Below the pieces are notes generated by a model that saw nothing but the letters and a program-made list of their open reading frames with translations, made no database searches and was not told the origin of the DNA. DNA of 64,000 bases from Candidatus Eiseniibacteriota bacterium. GTDB taxonomy: Bacteria; Eisenbacteria; RBG-16-71-46. The stretch's first letter is position 1. Each line of letters starts with the position of its first letter. Position numbers and translations under genes: made by a program. The DNA is taken from assembly GCA_963725865.1 (NCBI GenBank), contig CAVSAC010000012.1:704001-768000 (forward strand). The letters run 5' to 3'. Of the stretch, positions 1 through 13,600 are shown piece by piece.

Positions 1-1
1 C

Positions 2-3000
2 GGCGGCTCGGTCGGCGCGGTGACCGGCTACACCTTCACCAACGTGCAGTCGCCGCACAGCATCGTGGCCAACTTCGCGCTCGACGTGCCGGCGGGCGAC
101 CTGGTCGGCCAGTGGCCGATGGACGAGGGCACGGGCACCGTCATCCACGACGGCACCAGTTACCACAATGACGGCAACCTGCTCGGCAGCCCCACCTGGG
201 CGGCCGGTGTGTCCGGCCAGGCGCTGGTCCTGAACGGGACCGACCAGTACGCGTCGGTGCCCCACAGCTCCTCACTGGACATCACGGGCTCGATCACCCT
301 GGCGGCGTGGTTCAAGACCACCAAGGTCGGGACCCAAAACGTCATCGCGAAGGCGCTCTACGGCGGGACCGATGGCTACGAACTGAATCTCTCGAGCGGG
401 GCCAAGCCGTTCCTGCGGCTGAACGGGACCAACCGGCTCGACGCTCTCACGTCCTATCCGACCAATACGTGGATCCACGTCGCGGCGACGTACGACGGCA
501 CGACGATGAGGATCTATGTGAACGGCGTGCTCGACAACACGGCCGGCGCCGGCATCACGATCAAGTCGAACAGTCTGGCGCTGGGGATCGGGGCCCAGAG
601 CAACGGAGACGCCAGCCGGATCTTCTCGGGTGCGATCGACGACGCCCGGGTCTACAACCGCGCGCTGAGCGCCGGCGAGATCGCCGCGCTGGCCAGCCTG
701 CCCTCGACGACCCACACCATCACCGCCGCGGCCGGAGTCAACGGCTCGATCAGCCCGAGCGGCGCGGTGAGCGTGGACGACGGCGCCAGTCAGAGCTTCA
801 GCATCGTCGCGAACGCCGGCTATCACGTCGCCGATGTCCTGGTCGACGGAAGTTCAGTGGGTGCGGTCACGGCTTACACGTTCACCGGCGTCATCGCCGA
901 CCACACCATCGTGGCGAGTTTCGCGGCCGACATGCCGGTAGGCGACCTGGTGGGCTGGTGGAAGCTGGACGGCGACGTCTCGGACGCCTCGACCTACGGC
1001 AACAGCGGCTCGCTCCCCAACGGCGCGATCTGGGGCTCCGGGGTCGAGGGCCAGGCGCTGGTCCTGAACGGTACGAGCCAGTACGCGCAGGTGCCGCACA
1101 GTGCGAGTCTCAGCCTCGCGAGCGGGCTCACGCTCGCGGCCTGGATCAAGCCGGCCAAGCTCGGCACCCAACCGCTGATCGCCAAGGAGACCTACGCGCC
1201 TTCGGTCTGGGGCTACGCCCTCGAGTTGTCGTCGGTCGCTCCCGGTCGGCCGTTCTTCCGGCTCGATGACAACACGCCGGGATCGGGCCGGCTGGATGGA
1301 GTCACCGCCTATCCCCAGGATGGCAACACCTGGATGCACGTCGCGGCGACCTATGACGGCATCACGATGAAGCTCTACGTCAACGGTGTGCTCGACGCGT
1401 GGCAGGCGCGCTCGGTCGCGATTCCGAACAACACGCTGCCCGTGGCGATCGGTGCCCAGAGCACCGGCGAGGCCAACCGGTGGTTCCAGGGCGCGATCGA
1501 CGAGGCGCGAATCTACGACCGGGCACTGAGCGACGCCGAGATCGCGGCGCTGATGAACCACACCATCACCGCCAGCGCCGGGGTGCACGGTTCCATCTCG
1601 CCCGCCGGCGCGGTCTCCGTAGGGCACGGTGGCAGCCAACTCTTCACCATCACGGCGGACCCGGGTTACCGCGTGGCCGACGTGCTGGTGGACGGGGGCT
1701 CGGTGGGGGCGGTCTCGAGCTACGCGTTCACGAGCGTGGTGCACGCCCATTCGATCGCCGCCAGTTTCACCACCAACGCCCCGCCGGGCCAGCCCACGCT
1801 CGCAGGGCCCGCGGATCAGGCGATGAACGTCGCGCTGCCGCCGACGCTGGACGTGGTTCCCAACGACCCGGACTCGCCCCAGCTCACGGTCAAGTTCTAC
1901 GGGCGCGCGGCGAACGGGCCCCCGGGCCCCGACTTCACCGTCGCCGTGCTCCCGGACGCCCAGAACTACACGGGGCAGGTCGGCAACTCGAAGAACGCGA
2001 TGTTCAAGGCGCAGACGCAATGGGCCGTGAGCCAGCGTCTCGCGCGCCGGATCGCCTACGTCGCGCAGCTCGGAGACTGCGTCGACGACGCGTCGGTCCA
2101 GGTCCAGTGGATGCGCGCCGACACGACATTCAGCATCCTCGAGGACCCGGTCACCACTGGTCTTCCGGACGGCATCCCCTACGGCATCGCCGTCGGCAAC
2201 CACGATCAGTACCCCAAGGATAGTCCCGACAACAGCACGCAGAACTACAATCAGTGGTTCGGCGCCGCGCGCTTCCAGGGCCGGAGTTACTACGGCGGCC
2301 ACTTCGCCGACAACGGCGACACCTGGTTCCACTTCTTCAGCGCGAGCGGCCTGGACTTCATCGTCGTCAGTCTGGAGAACGACGGCACGCCCGACGCGGA
2401 TCGGCTGTTCTGGGCCGACAGCCTGCTCAAGAGCCACTCTGAGCGGCGCGCGATCGTGGTGGTCCATTCCATCATCGGGCCGGGCAATCCAGGCAGCTGG
2501 GACGGGGCGGGGCGGACGATCTACGACGCGCTCAAGAACAACCCGAACCTGTTCCTGATGCTGTGCGGACACGTGGGAGATCAGGGGAGGCGGACCGACG
2601 TCTACGACGGGCATACGGTTCACACACTGCTCTCGGACTACCAGGGCTGGTCCAACGGCGGCGACGGATGGATGCGCTACCTGGAGTTCTCGCCCGCGAA
2701 CAGCGCGATCCGGGTCCGCACTTACACCCCATGGCTCGACCAGTACAAGGTGACCGCGGACTCGAGCAGCCAGTTCACGCTCGCCTACGACATGTCGGGC
2801 AGCAGTCCCTACCAGTTGATCGGCACGGTCACGAACGTGATCCCGGGAACGCACGCCACGCTCCCCTGGCCGGATCTCGCCGGGGGAACCCCGTACGAGT
2901 GGTACGTCACGGTCGAAGATGAGGCGAGCACGACCACCTCGACTCCCACCTGGACGTTCACGACGGGTTCGGGTGGCGCTCCGCCGGACCCGGTCGCGAA

Positions 3001-4279
3001 CCTGACCGCCACGCGGGTCGCGAGCGGCAACGGCTCGAGCGGCGTGGTCGGTGTCAGCCTGAGCTGGACGCCGCCGCCCCAAATCGGCACCGCGCAGGTC
3101 TATCGCAAGGGCTTCGGCGACCATCCGCGCTACCGCGCCGGCTTCGGAGGCGAACCGGCGATCCCGGCCACCCCCGCCGCGGCCCTGGCGGCGGGCTGGA
3201 CGCTGACGGCCGTCACGGCTCCGAGCCAGACCGACGCTCCGGGCACCCGCGGCTACTGGTACTACGTCGTGTTCACCATCGGCTCGGGTGGGACATCGGG
3301 TCCGTCGAACCGGGCCGGCGCACTCGATTATCTGCTCGGCGACGTGCACAACGGCGAGGTCGGCGGTCAGTGCCAAGGGAACAACGCCGTCGCCACCGAG
3401 GACATCACCTACCTCGGCGCGCACTACGGTGTGTCCGTGGGAGGCGACGACCTGCTGGCGTGTCTGGACGTCGGACCGACCACGGACCGCAGCACGAGCG
3501 CGCGACCAAGCCCCGATGGGACGATCGAATTCGAGGACCTGGTGATGTTCGCGCTGAGCTTCGGCACCAATGCGCGAATCCCGATTGCGGCGCGCCCGGC
3601 CCCGGCGGAACGGGACGCCGTCACGCTCGACGTACCGGGGCTGCCCGCCGTGGGCTCGGAGTTCGCGGTCGCACTCCGGATGTCCGGCACCGGCGCGATC
3701 GCGGCGTTGAGCGCGGAGCTGGAATTCGATCCTGCCGTGGTCGCGCCGCTGGGACTGGCGCCGGGCGCTCTCCTCGCGCAGCAGGGCGCGCCTTCGGTGG
3801 CGCTCTCGTCGAGCCCGGGGAACGTGGACGTGGCGCTTCTCGGTGGCGCGGGGATCCAGGGTCACGGCGACGTGGCGGTCCTCCGCTTCCGTGTGAAGGC
3901 GGAGGGGGACGCCGGCATCCGGCTCGCAGGCGTGGACGCACGCGATGCGGCGAACCAGCCCAGGGCGATCGCTGGCATGCCGCTAGAGATCCATCTCCCC
4001 GCGCGGACCGCATTCCGCCCCGCCGCGCCCAACCCCTTCCGCGCGACCGTGGCCCTGAGCTTCAGCCTGGACCACCCCGGCGCGGTCGAGTTGGCGATCT
4101 ACTCGGTGGACGGCCGGCGCGTGCGGACGATGATCCGCGGGGAGCGCTCGGCAGGCGAGTATCGGCCCGTCTGGGATGCGACCGATGACCATGGCGAGCG
4201 GGTTCCCGCCGGCGTGTACTTCGCGCGCCTGAGCGCGGGGCCGATCCGGCTCGCACGGACGATCGTGCTCCTGGATTGA
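2..4279 (+). CDS. 5'-truncated large secreted protein: InlB-B-like (Flg_new-type) repeats, 2 LamG/concanavalin-like domains, calcineurin-like metallophosphoesterase, Fn3-like, dockerin-like, cohesin-like and FlgD-Ig C-terminal domain
   Basis: Frame is open from base 2 (GGSVGAVTGYTF). LamG motifs (WxHVAATYDGxTMxxYVNG; FxGAIDxARxYxRALS) occur twice. Phosphoesterase motifs LPDAQ, LGDCVD, GNHD and CGH. C-terminus PNPF...IYSVDGRRVRT...WDATDDHGERVPAGVYF. Confidence 0.85.
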   Translation, partial: GGSVGAVTGYTFTNVQSPHSIVANFALDVPAGDLVGQWPMDEGTGTVIHDGTSYHNDGNLLGSPTWAAGVSGQALVLNGTDQYASVPHSSSLDITGSITLAAWFKTTKVGTQNVIAKALYGGTDGYELNLSSGAKPFLRLNGTNRLDALTSYPTNTWIHVAATYDGTTMRIYVNGVLDNTAGAGITIKSNSLALGIGAQSNGDASRIFSGAIDDARVYNRALSAGEIAALASLPSTTHTITAAAGVNGSISPSGAVSVDDGASQSFSIVANAGYHVADVLVDGSSVGAVTAYTFTGVIADHTIVASFAADMPVGDLVGWWKLDGDVSDASTYGNSGSLPNGAIWGSGVEGQALVLNGTSQYAQVPHSASLSLASGLTLAAWIKPAKLGTQPLIAKETYAPSVWGYALELSSVAPGRPFFRLDDNTPGSGRLDGVTAYPQDGNTWMHVAATYDGITMKLYVNGVLDAWQARSVAIPNNTLPVAIGAQSTGEANRWFQGAIDEARIYDRALSDAEIAALMNHTITASAGVHGSISPAGAVSVGHGGSQLFTITADPGYRVADVLVDGGSVGAVSSYAFTSVVHAHSIAASFTTNAPPGQPTLAGPADQAMNVALPPTLDVVPNDPDSPQLTVKFYGRAANGPPGPDFTVAVLPDAQNYTGQVGNSKNAMFKAQTQWAVSQRLARRIAYVAQLGDCVDDASVQVQWMRADTTFSILEDPVTTGLPDGIPYGIAVGNHDQYPKDSPDNSTQNYNQWFGAARFQGRSYYGGHFADNGDTWFHFFSASGLDFIVVSLENDGTPDADRLFWADSLLKSHSERRAIVVVHSIIGPGNPGSWDGAGRTIYDALKNNPNLFLMLCGHVGDQGRRTDVYDGHTVHTLLSDYQGWSNGGDGWMRYLEFSPANSAIRVRTYTPWLDQYKVTADSSSQFTLAYDMSGSSPYQLIGTVTNVIPGTHATLPWPDLAGGTPYEWYVTVEDEASTTTSTPTWTFTTGSGGAPPDPVANLTATRVASGNGSSGVVGVSLSWTPPPQIGTAQVYRKGFGDHPRYRAGFGGEPAIPATPAAALAAGWTLTAVTAPSQTDAPGTRGYWYYVVFTIGSGGTSGPSNRAGALDYLLGDVHNGEVGGQCQGNNAVATEDITYLGAHYGVSVGGDDLLACLDVGPTTDRSTSARPSPDGTIEFEDLVMFALSFGTNARIPIAARPAPAERDAVTLDVPGLPAVGSEFAVALRMSGTGAIAALSAELEFDPAVVAPLGLAPGALLAQQGAPSVALSSSPGNVDVALLGGAGIQGHGDVAVLRFRVKAEGDAGIRLAGVDARDAANQPRAIAGMPLEIHLPARTAFRPAAPNPFRATVALSFSLDHPGAVELAIYSVDGRRVRTMIRGERSAGEYRPVWDATDDHGERVPAGVYFARLSAGPIRLARTIVLLD

Positions 4280-4288
4280 GCAGCCAGA

Positions 4289-4325
4289 CGTGCCGCGCGA
4301 GCACGGCAGTCGCCCGCGCGGCACG
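4289..4325 (+). terminator. GC-rich hairpin after the first giant gene (possible terminator or processing site)
   Basis: 11-bp inverted repeat CGTGCCGCGCG / CGCGCGGCACG, with no clear U-tract. Confidence 0.35.
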
Positions 4326-4614
4326 GCGAATTCAATGTGCATCGCAGCGAGTTGCCCCACAGCTCGTCTGAGTACTGGATCACGGGCCGCCCCCGTGGCT
4401 CGTTCAAGCGTCGAATCACGAGCCGCCCCCCGCCGCTCGCTACGGGAATACGAGCCGCCCCCCGCGCGCCCGCCAGTCACCGTGAACAGGTGCCATCGAA
4501 CTCCACGGCCAGGTGTCTCACCACAGCAGTGAGCGCTTCGGCCAATCGGCGTCGAAGGTCGGCGAAGAATCAGCGGACTGTCCGTCAGCAGCAGCCGCTC
4601 CTCGGGGGATCGTC

Positions 4615-7600
4615 ATGAGAGGGATCGGGTCGCAGCAGGGTGTCGCGCCGCGGGCAATGCGGTGCGCCGTGTGCCTGTCGTGGATCGGGTTGGAAGTACT
4701 CGCTCTCCTCACCATGGCTCCGGGGTGGGTGCAGGCCGGACGCGCGAAAGCGGTCGAGCAGCGCAGCAGCGGCAAGCATGCCGCGAGGCTCGCACCGCTC
4801 ATGCCGCTCGCGGAGCCTGCCGCCACACCCGTCATGTGGGAGGTGGGCAATGCCGGCTCCCAGGCGACCCATCAGGCGGGCAGTCCCGTGCCGAGCGGTT
4901 CCCCACGCAGACCGATGGGCCCCCTGTCCGACGGGCCGGAGCCGACCGGCTGGTACTCGGGCGACATGCACGTGCATCGCAGCTGTGGCGGCACTCCGGC
5001 GCCGGTGTCGACCATCTACGACGCCATGGTCGCGCAGGATGTCGCGGTCGTGTCCCTCCTGGCGGACATGGGCAACGGTGAGGTGAAGGACCCGGTCACC
5101 GATCTCCCGCTGGTGAGCGGGGAGGACGATCCGATCTCCACGCCCGGGCGAATCATCCACTGGGACGCCGAATGGCATTGGGACGCCATCTATACCCAGT
5201 ACCCCCACCAGGCATTGGGCGGGCATCTGAACAACCTCGGCCTCAGGGAGGCGCACCAGATCTGGGACGAGTACACCTATCCGATCCTGCAGTGGGTCCA
5301 TCAGCAAGGGGGCATCTCCGGGTTCGTGCACATGCAGTACCTCCCGGACGGCATCCCGCAGACCCTGAACTGCTGTCTCCCGATCGAGTATCCGGTCGAG
5401 GTGGCCCTCGGGGCGGCGGACTACGTCGCGGAGGACGTCGCCGGAGGAGATGCCGCCATCCAGGCCTACTACCGCCTGCTGAATTGCGGTCTCCGGCCCG
5501 GCCTCGCGGCTGGCACCGATGCCCCCTGCGGTCAGGTCATCGGGCCGCTCGTGACCTTCGCGCAGGTCCCCGGCACGCTGACCTACCGCGGCTGGATCGA
5601 CGCCATCGCGCGGGGCAGGACGGTCGTCTCGCGAGTTGGAAGCGGCCAGTTCCTGGACCTGCAGGTGAACAGTACCGCCACGCCGGGTGACGAGATCCAG
5701 CTCGCCACCGGCGGCGAGGTACAGGTGTCGGTCCAGTGGAGCGCGAACCAGAGCGCGACCGGGACGATCGAGCTGGTGCACAACGGGGTCGTGGTGGCCA
5801 GCAAGGCAACGGCGGTCGCTTCCGGCGCTCCGGACGTCCTCACGGCGGCGGTGGATCTCCAGCAGAGCGGCTGGCTCTGCGCCAGGGTGATGGGAGGAGA
5901 TGGGCACATGGTGCACACCGCGGCCGTGTTCGTCACCGTCGCGGGTGCGCCGGTGCGGGCCAGCGTCGCGGACGCCCAGTTCTACATCGATTGGATCGAC
6001 CAGTTGATCGAGAAGACGTCGCCGGGCGGGGTGTGGAACGGCTACTTCCAGGACGATCTGGCCGCGGCGCAGGCCCGCTACCAGGCGGCCAAGGCGGTGT
6101 ATCAGCAGATCGCAGCAGGTGGCGACGTCGCCCCGTCCGTGGTCTGGCATCTGCCGGCGAGCGACGGGACGGAAGTGCCCGTTGGCGCGAGCCTCAGCGC
6201 GCGGTTCAACGAAGCGCTGGACCCCGGCAGCGTTTCGGCCGCGACATGTCCGGCTGGAGGACGCGTCTCACAATCCCGTGGCGGCCGGCGTGACCTACGA
6301 TGCGGGCCTGCGCACGATCGTGCTCACGCCAGCTGCCCCGCTCGGATTCGCCACGACCTACACCGCGACGCTCGGCGGCGGTGGCGGTGGCATCCAGGAT
6401 CCGGCAGGGACCGTCGCTGGCGGCCGACGAGTCGTGGTCGTTCACCACCGCGGCGCAGGACATCACGCCTCCCACGGTGACATCGCGCTCGCCACTGCCG
6501 AGTGCTACCGGCGTGACGCTGTCCACCACGGTGACCGCCACGTTCGACGAGGCCCTGGACCCGGCCACGGTCGGCACGAGCACGTTCGAGCTTCGCGATG
6601 CCGCGAGTGCTCTCGTGCCGGCCACGGTGACGCTGAGTGCTCTGGGACGAGTGGCGACGCTGGCGCCCTCGGCTGCGCTGGCGTACGCCACCACCTACAC
6701 CGCGACGCTGAAGGGCGGGGCCGGTGGCATCGCGGACCTCGCGGGAGTCGCACTGGGGTCGGACGTGTTTTGGTCGTTCACCACGCACGACCCGCCGCCG
6801 CCGCCGCCCGACGAGGGGCCCGGCGGGCCGATTCTCGTGGTCGGCTCCGCAGCCAATCCCTTCACGCGGTACTACGCCGAGATCCTCCGCAACGAGGGCC
6901 TCAATGCCTTCATGGTGCGCGACATCTCCCAGGTGAACGCCATCGACCTGGCCAGCTACGACGTCGCGATCCTGGGCGAGATGCCCCTCACCTCCGACCA
7001 GATCCTCATGTTCACCGACTGGGTGACCGCCGGCGGCAACCTCATCGCCATGCGGCCGGACCGACAGTTGGAGTCGTTGCTGGGACTCACGGATGCCGCC
7101 GGCACGCGAGCCAACGCCTACCTGCTCATCGACACGGCGTCGGGACCCGGCCACGGCATCGCCGGCGAGACCATGCAGTACCACGGCACCGCCGACCTCT
7201 ACACCCTGAACGGCGCGACCGCGCTGGCTACCCTGTATTCGGACGCCAGCACGCCGACGGCGAATCCCGCGGTGACGCTGCGGAGCGTCGGGTCCAACGG
7301 CGGACAGGTCGCGGCATTCACGTACGACCTGGCACGCTCCGTGGTCTATACGCGCCAGGGAAACCCGGCATGGGCGGGTCAGGAGCGCGACGGCAATAGT
7401 CCCGTACGCAGCGACGATCTCTTCTATGGCAACGCCGCCGGCGACCCGCAGCCCAACTGGGTCGACCTCAACAAGGTCGCCATCCCGCAGGCCGACGAGC
7501 AGCAGCGCCTGCTGGCCAACATCGTCCTCAAGACCAACCTGGACCGCAAGCCGTTGCCCCGATTCTGGTACTTCCCGCGCGGCAAGAAGGCGGTCGTCGT

Positions 7601-10600
7601 CATGACCGGGGACAACCACGGGGATGGCGGCATGGCACCCCGGTTCGACATCTACATGCAGCAGAGCCCCGCCAACTGTTCGGAAGACGACTGGGAGTGC
7701 ATCCGCGCCAGCGGTTACCTCTTCGTGGGCGGCGGATTCCCCGACACGGCGGCGGCCCGCTACGACTCCTACGGCTTCGAGACCGCACTCCACGTGAACA
7801 CCGGCTGCGCGGATTTCACTCCGGCGTCCGTGGAGGAGATCTACGCCGGCCAGCTGGGGACCTTCACCTCCACGTACCCGAGCCTCCCGATTCCGGAGAG
7901 CGAGCGCAACCACTGCGTCGTCTGGAGCGACTGGTCCACCATGGCCGAGGTGGAGGTCGCGCACGGCTCGCGGCTCGACACCAACTACTACTGGTGGTTC
8001 CCGGGCGGGGTGGGTAGCTGGCCCGGAATGTTCACCGGCTCCGGGATGCCGATGCGTTTCGCGCGACTCGACGGCTCGATGATCGACTGCTACCAGGCGG
8101 CCACCCAGATGACCGACGAGTCGGGACAGAGCTACCCGTATACCATCGACGCCCTGCTCGACAAGGCGCTGGGCGCTGAGGGCTACTACGGGGCCTTCAC
8201 CACCAACATGCACTTCGACTCGTCACCGCACGGCGGCTCGGATGCCATCGTGGCCTCGGCCAAGGCGCGCGGCGTGCCGGTGGTCTCGGGCCGGCAGATG
8301 CTGCATTGGCTCGACGGGCGCAATGCCTCCAAGTTCGAGGCGCTGGCGTGGAACGAGACTCAGCACCAGCTGAGCTTCACGATCACGCCGGGCGCTGGGG
8401 CGCGCAACCTCGAGGCGATGCTGCCGGTGGAAGGCGGGGTCGGCGATCTGACCGGAATCAGTTCGAGCGGTGTGCCGATCGCGTACCAGACCGAGATCAT
8501 CAAGGGCATCCAGTACGCGATCTTCACGGCGGCGCCGGGCACCTACGTCGCGCAGTACCTGGAAGACACGTTTCCGCCGGCCATCAGTTCGGTGCTCGCC
8601 ACGGTGGTGGACGACGGCATCGCGACCGTCACATGGACGACGAACGAGCTCTCGAACTCGCACGTGGACTACGGAACGGCGCCGGACCCGCTGACGCGAT
8701 CCGCCGAAGCTTCGGCGATGGTCACGAACCATAGCCTGACACTGACCGGCCTCGCGGCGAACCAGACGTACTACTTCCGGGTCTCATCCACCGACGACGG
8801 CAACAACACGGCGGTCTACCCCGAGACCGGGCAGCCCCCTGCGACGTTCACGATGCCACCCCTGGCCTGCCTGAAGGACGATACGGAGGCGCAGTTCGCT
8901 CAGGGGACGCCCGGGGTCGGTACGGTGGTGTCGTCGATTGGCAACGGCGCCGTGACCCTGGCGACAAGCGCGGGCTCCGAGTTCAATGGCACCGCGCTCG
9001 ACTCCGGGTGGGAAGTGGTGCTTCCACCGAGCCTGCCCGGCACGGCCACCGTGGGTGGCGGTGTGGCACTACTCAACGGAGCGCTGATCCGCACTACCAG
9101 CGATTACCCAGCCGGACGGTCCGTGGAATTCGTGGCCACGTTCACCGGGGCCGCCAACGAGCACGTCGGCCTGGGAGTCGACCTGAACAACACCCAGTGG
9201 GCCATCTTCAGCACCATGAATGGCGGTGGCCTGTACGCGCGGACCAACGTCAACGGCATGACGAACCTGCCGATCAGCGGCACCTGGCTGAACGCGCCGC
9301 ACCGCTACCGCATCGACTGGAATCCCGCCAGCGTGGTGTTCTTCATCGACGGCAATCAGGTCGCGTCGAGCGTCGACAGCCCGACCCAGAACCTGCGCTT
9401 GGTGGCGAGCGACTTCGCCAACGACGTCACGGTCATCACGGTGGACTGGATGCGCATGACACCCTACGCCGCGGAGGGCAGCTTCCTGTCGCGCGTGTAC
9501 GGTGGCGCCGATCCGGCCACCTGGGGACCGGCGAGTTGGGTGGCACAGACGCCGCTCAACACCACCGTGGCGATCTTCGTTCATCGGGGCGACACGGTGA
9601 CGCCGGATGAAACGTGGACAGGGTTCCTCCCCGTCGAGAACAGCGGCGACATCGTCGGCGGTCGCTCGCGCTATGTCCAGTATCGGGCCGATCTGACCAC
9701 CAGCGACTCTCAGAGCACGCCGGTGCTGGAGCAGATGCACATCGCATGCACGGCCGAGTTGGACGAGGTCTCGCCGCTGATTTCGGCGGCGACGGCGACG
9801 CCGGCCTCGATCACCGCGACCATCGTATGGACCACCAACGAAGTGGCGAACTCCCGGGTGGACTACGGAACCGACGCGGGCAATCTCGATCGGCACGCCA
9901 GCAACGTGGCCTTCACGCTGACGCACAGCCTGCAGTTGCCGAGCCTGACGCCGCTGACCCAGTACTTCTACAAGATCACCTCCGCCGACCCATCGGGCAA
10001 CTCGGCGGTCGAGCCGCCCTCGGGGAATCCGCTTAGTTTCACCACGACGGCCCACACGACACCGCCTGTGGTCAGCGGTGTGACGGCGACACTGGCACCC
10101 TCCGGCCTCGAGGCGACCGTCGCGTGGACCACCGACGAAGCAGCCACGAGCGTCGTGCTCTACGGCACGAACGTGGAGAGCCTGAACCTCACGGCAGAAG
10201 TCACGGGTCTCGTGTCGTCGCACAGCGTGCCGCTCACCGGCCTCACCATGGGGAGCACGTACTACTACCGGGTTCGCTCGGTGGACGCCTACGGCGCCGA
10301 GGCGACGTTCCCGGTCGCGCCCGCCGCCCCGCTCAGCTTCGGCACGCCTCAGGAGGCGTGCTTCACCGACGCGACCGCGGCCGACTTCGGTCTGGGAGAC
10401 GTCGGCGTGGGCACCTTCGTGGAGGAGCATGCGGACGGCGAGGTGGTCCTGAAGCCGGAGCTGTCCGTCGATTTCACGGGCAGCGCACTGCCCCCCGGCT
10501 GGGTCGCGACGCAGTGGGGCAGCGCGGGAGGCTACGCGGTCGGCGGTGGGTCGCTGACGGTGGACAGCTATCGCGTCATGCCCGATCCCTACGGCGTCGG

Positions 10601-13600
10601 TCCCGGCCACTCCGTCGAGTTCGTGGCTACTTTCGGCACCGAGGCCTACCAGCACCTCGGGTTCGGGGGCGGCGGGTTGACCACGCCCGATGTCTTCAAT
10701 TCCGCCCCGTGGGCCATGTTCAGCACCGGGGTCAGCGGGGGAGTGCTCCAGGCCCGTACGTGGCGCCCCGGAGATGCGGAGAACAATCAGACCATCCCAG
10801 GCAGCTGGCTGGGCGCGCCGCACCGCTATCGCGTCGACTGGGGCGATACGAAGGTCGACTTCTACATCGACGGGAGCCTGGTCTCGACCCATGCGGTCGC
10901 ACTCACCGGGCTGATGCGCCCGGCGGCCAGTGACGGCGTCGGAAACGGTGCGCCGATCACGGTCGACTGGCTGCGCGTGACGCCGTTCGCGTCCAGCGGC
11001 ACGTTCACCTCACGCGTCTTCAGCCGCTCCACGGTCTCCATGTGGCACACGGTGGCGTGGACGGCGGACCTGCCCACGGGGACGGGGCTGGCGGTCGGCG
11101 TTCGGACCGGGAACACGCCGGCGCCGGACACCTCGTGGGCTGGCTTCGCGCCCGTGACCTCGGGTCAGGAGCTCGCCGTCCACTCGCGCTACGTCCAGTA
11201 CGAGGCGGTGCTGTCCACCGCCGACGTGCTCGCGACTCCCGCGCTGCGAGACCTCACGATTGCCTGCGAGCCGTACAACGATGCGATCGCGCCGACGATC
11301 ACGGCCGTGGCCGCGACGCCGGATCCGAGCGGCTCGCAAGCCACGGTGACCTGGACCACCGACGAGGTGGCGAATTCACGCGTGGAGTACGGGACGGAGC
11401 CGGACGTGCTGACTATGAACGTCGGCGGCGCACTGTTCGTCACGGCGCACAGCCTGCGCCTGACCGGGCTGACGCCGAACACGACCTACTACTACCGGGT
11501 GACCTCGACCGATCCCTCGGACAATTCGGTCACGTCGCCAGCACCGCCAGGAGCGCCACTGAGCTTCGCCACGCCCGCCCACACCACCCCGCCCGTGATC
11601 AGTGCCGTCGTCGCCACCCCTGACCCGCTGATACCCCAGGCATCGGTGACCTGGACGACGGACGAGGTCGCCACGAGCGTGGTGCACTTCGGCCTGTCGT
11701 CGAGCAGCTTGGACCTCATGGCGAGCGTCGGGGGACTGACCACGGCTCACAGCGTGCCGCTCATCGGACTGGCGCCCACTCGGACCTACTACCTCCGGGT
11801 CGAGTCGGTGGACGCCTACGACATCGCCGCGACCTCGCCCGCGCTGCCCGCGGATCCGCTCAGCTTCGTCACGTCGGCGACTCCGTGTCCGGCGGATGCA
11901 ACCGCAGCGGACTTCGCGCTGGGGACGCTTGACGCGAACACGGCGATCGCGCTCGCGGGTGACGGCGAGGTGATCCTGAAGCCGTTCGTGCAGGAAGAGT
12001 TCTCGGGCACGTCGCTGCCACCGGATTGGCCTTCGGGCCCGTGGGGGACTGGCGGGACCGTCGTGGTCAGCGGGGGCGAGGTGACGGTGGATGGAGCACG
12101 CACCTTCTCGCAGGCGAGCTTCGGACCGGGCTGCGCGCTCGAATTCGTCGCCACCTACCGGGCGGCCACCTACCAGAACGTCGGATTCGCGGGCGATGGG
12201 GCGTTCAGCTCCCCATGGGTCGTCATTGGCATGGGCGGAGCGACCGACGGCGTGTACGCGCGGACGTACACCGGCACGGAGACCAGGCTCACCACGACCA
12301 CGCTGGGGACGCCGCACCGCTACCGCATCGAATGGAGGTCCGGGAGCTTCGTCTTCTTCGTGGACGGGAGCGAGGTCACCACGATTCCGCTCGACGTGAG
12401 CGGCAGCATGATCGTGCAGGTGAGCGACCTGAATCCGGGCGGCAACGACCTGAGCGTGAATTGGGTGCGGGTGGGCTACCCGGCAGCGGGCAGCTTCACC
12501 TCGCGCGTCTTCGATGGTGGCGAGCCCACGAACTGGGGCGTCGTGTCGTGGAGCAGCAGCACGCCGTCGGGCACGAGCGTGGCCGTCCAACTTCGGGCGG
12601 GGGATTCCGCCACGCCCGACGGCACCTGGACCGACTTCTTCCCAGTGGCCAACGGCGCCTCGGCGGGGACCAACTCGCGCTACGTCCAGTACCGGGCGGA
12701 CCTCGCGACCGGCGGGGTCGTCACGCCCGAGCTTCAGGACGTCGCCATCGCCTGCGCCGCGGGATTCGACTTCACGCCGCCGGTGATCAGCAGCGTCACG
12801 GCGACGCTCGCTCCCGGCGGAGTGAGCGCCACGGTCACCTGGAGCACGAACGAGCCTGCGAACTCGCGCGTCAGCTACGGCACGAGCCCGGGCGCGCTGA
12901 CGCTGACCGTCTCGGCCACGGCGCGCGTGCGGTCGCACAGCCTGCTGCTGGCGGGGCTCACACCCGGGACGACGTACTACTACCAGGTGATCTCGGCAGA
13001 CGGTGCGGGAAACTCGGCGACCGAGCCGGATCCGCCCGCCTCGCCGCTCAGCTTCACGACTCCGGCTCCCGTGTGCTTCGTGGATCAAGGGGCCGCCGAC
13101 TTCTCGGCCGGATTCGCCGGCACCGCCACCTACCTCTCGCAGACGTCCGACGGCGAGGTGATCCTGTCCCCGACGTCCGGCGCCGAGTTCTCTGAGACGG
13201 TCCTGCCTGACACATGGCAGGCCGAGGCGTGGGGTGGCGGAAGCACCCCAGCGGTGGGCGGTGGGCTACTGACCGTGGACGGAGGCCATGCCGCCACGGT
13301 GGCGACGTTCGGATCGGGCAGGTCGCTCGAGTTCGTGGCGACCTTCCGGGGTGAGGTGAGTCAGCACATCGGCTTCACGAAGGACTACGCGTTCGATTCG
13401 CCTTGGGCGATCTTCAGCACCTTTGGCTCGACCACGACCCTCTACGCCCGAGTGAACCCGGGCGGCGACGTGAGCCTGGGGACGGGCTACCTCGGCGTTC
13501 CCCACCGCTACCGGATCGACTGGAATCCGTCGAATGTCGTGTTCTCCGTGGACGGGAGCGTGGTGGCCACGGTTCCCACCGCGCTGACGACCCCCATGGT

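Noticed and set aside
6240..6420. Programmed ribosomal frameshifting or phase variation in the giant gene
   Set aside because: No slippery heptamer or homopolymer/SSR tract at either site; sequencing indels are more parsimonious.
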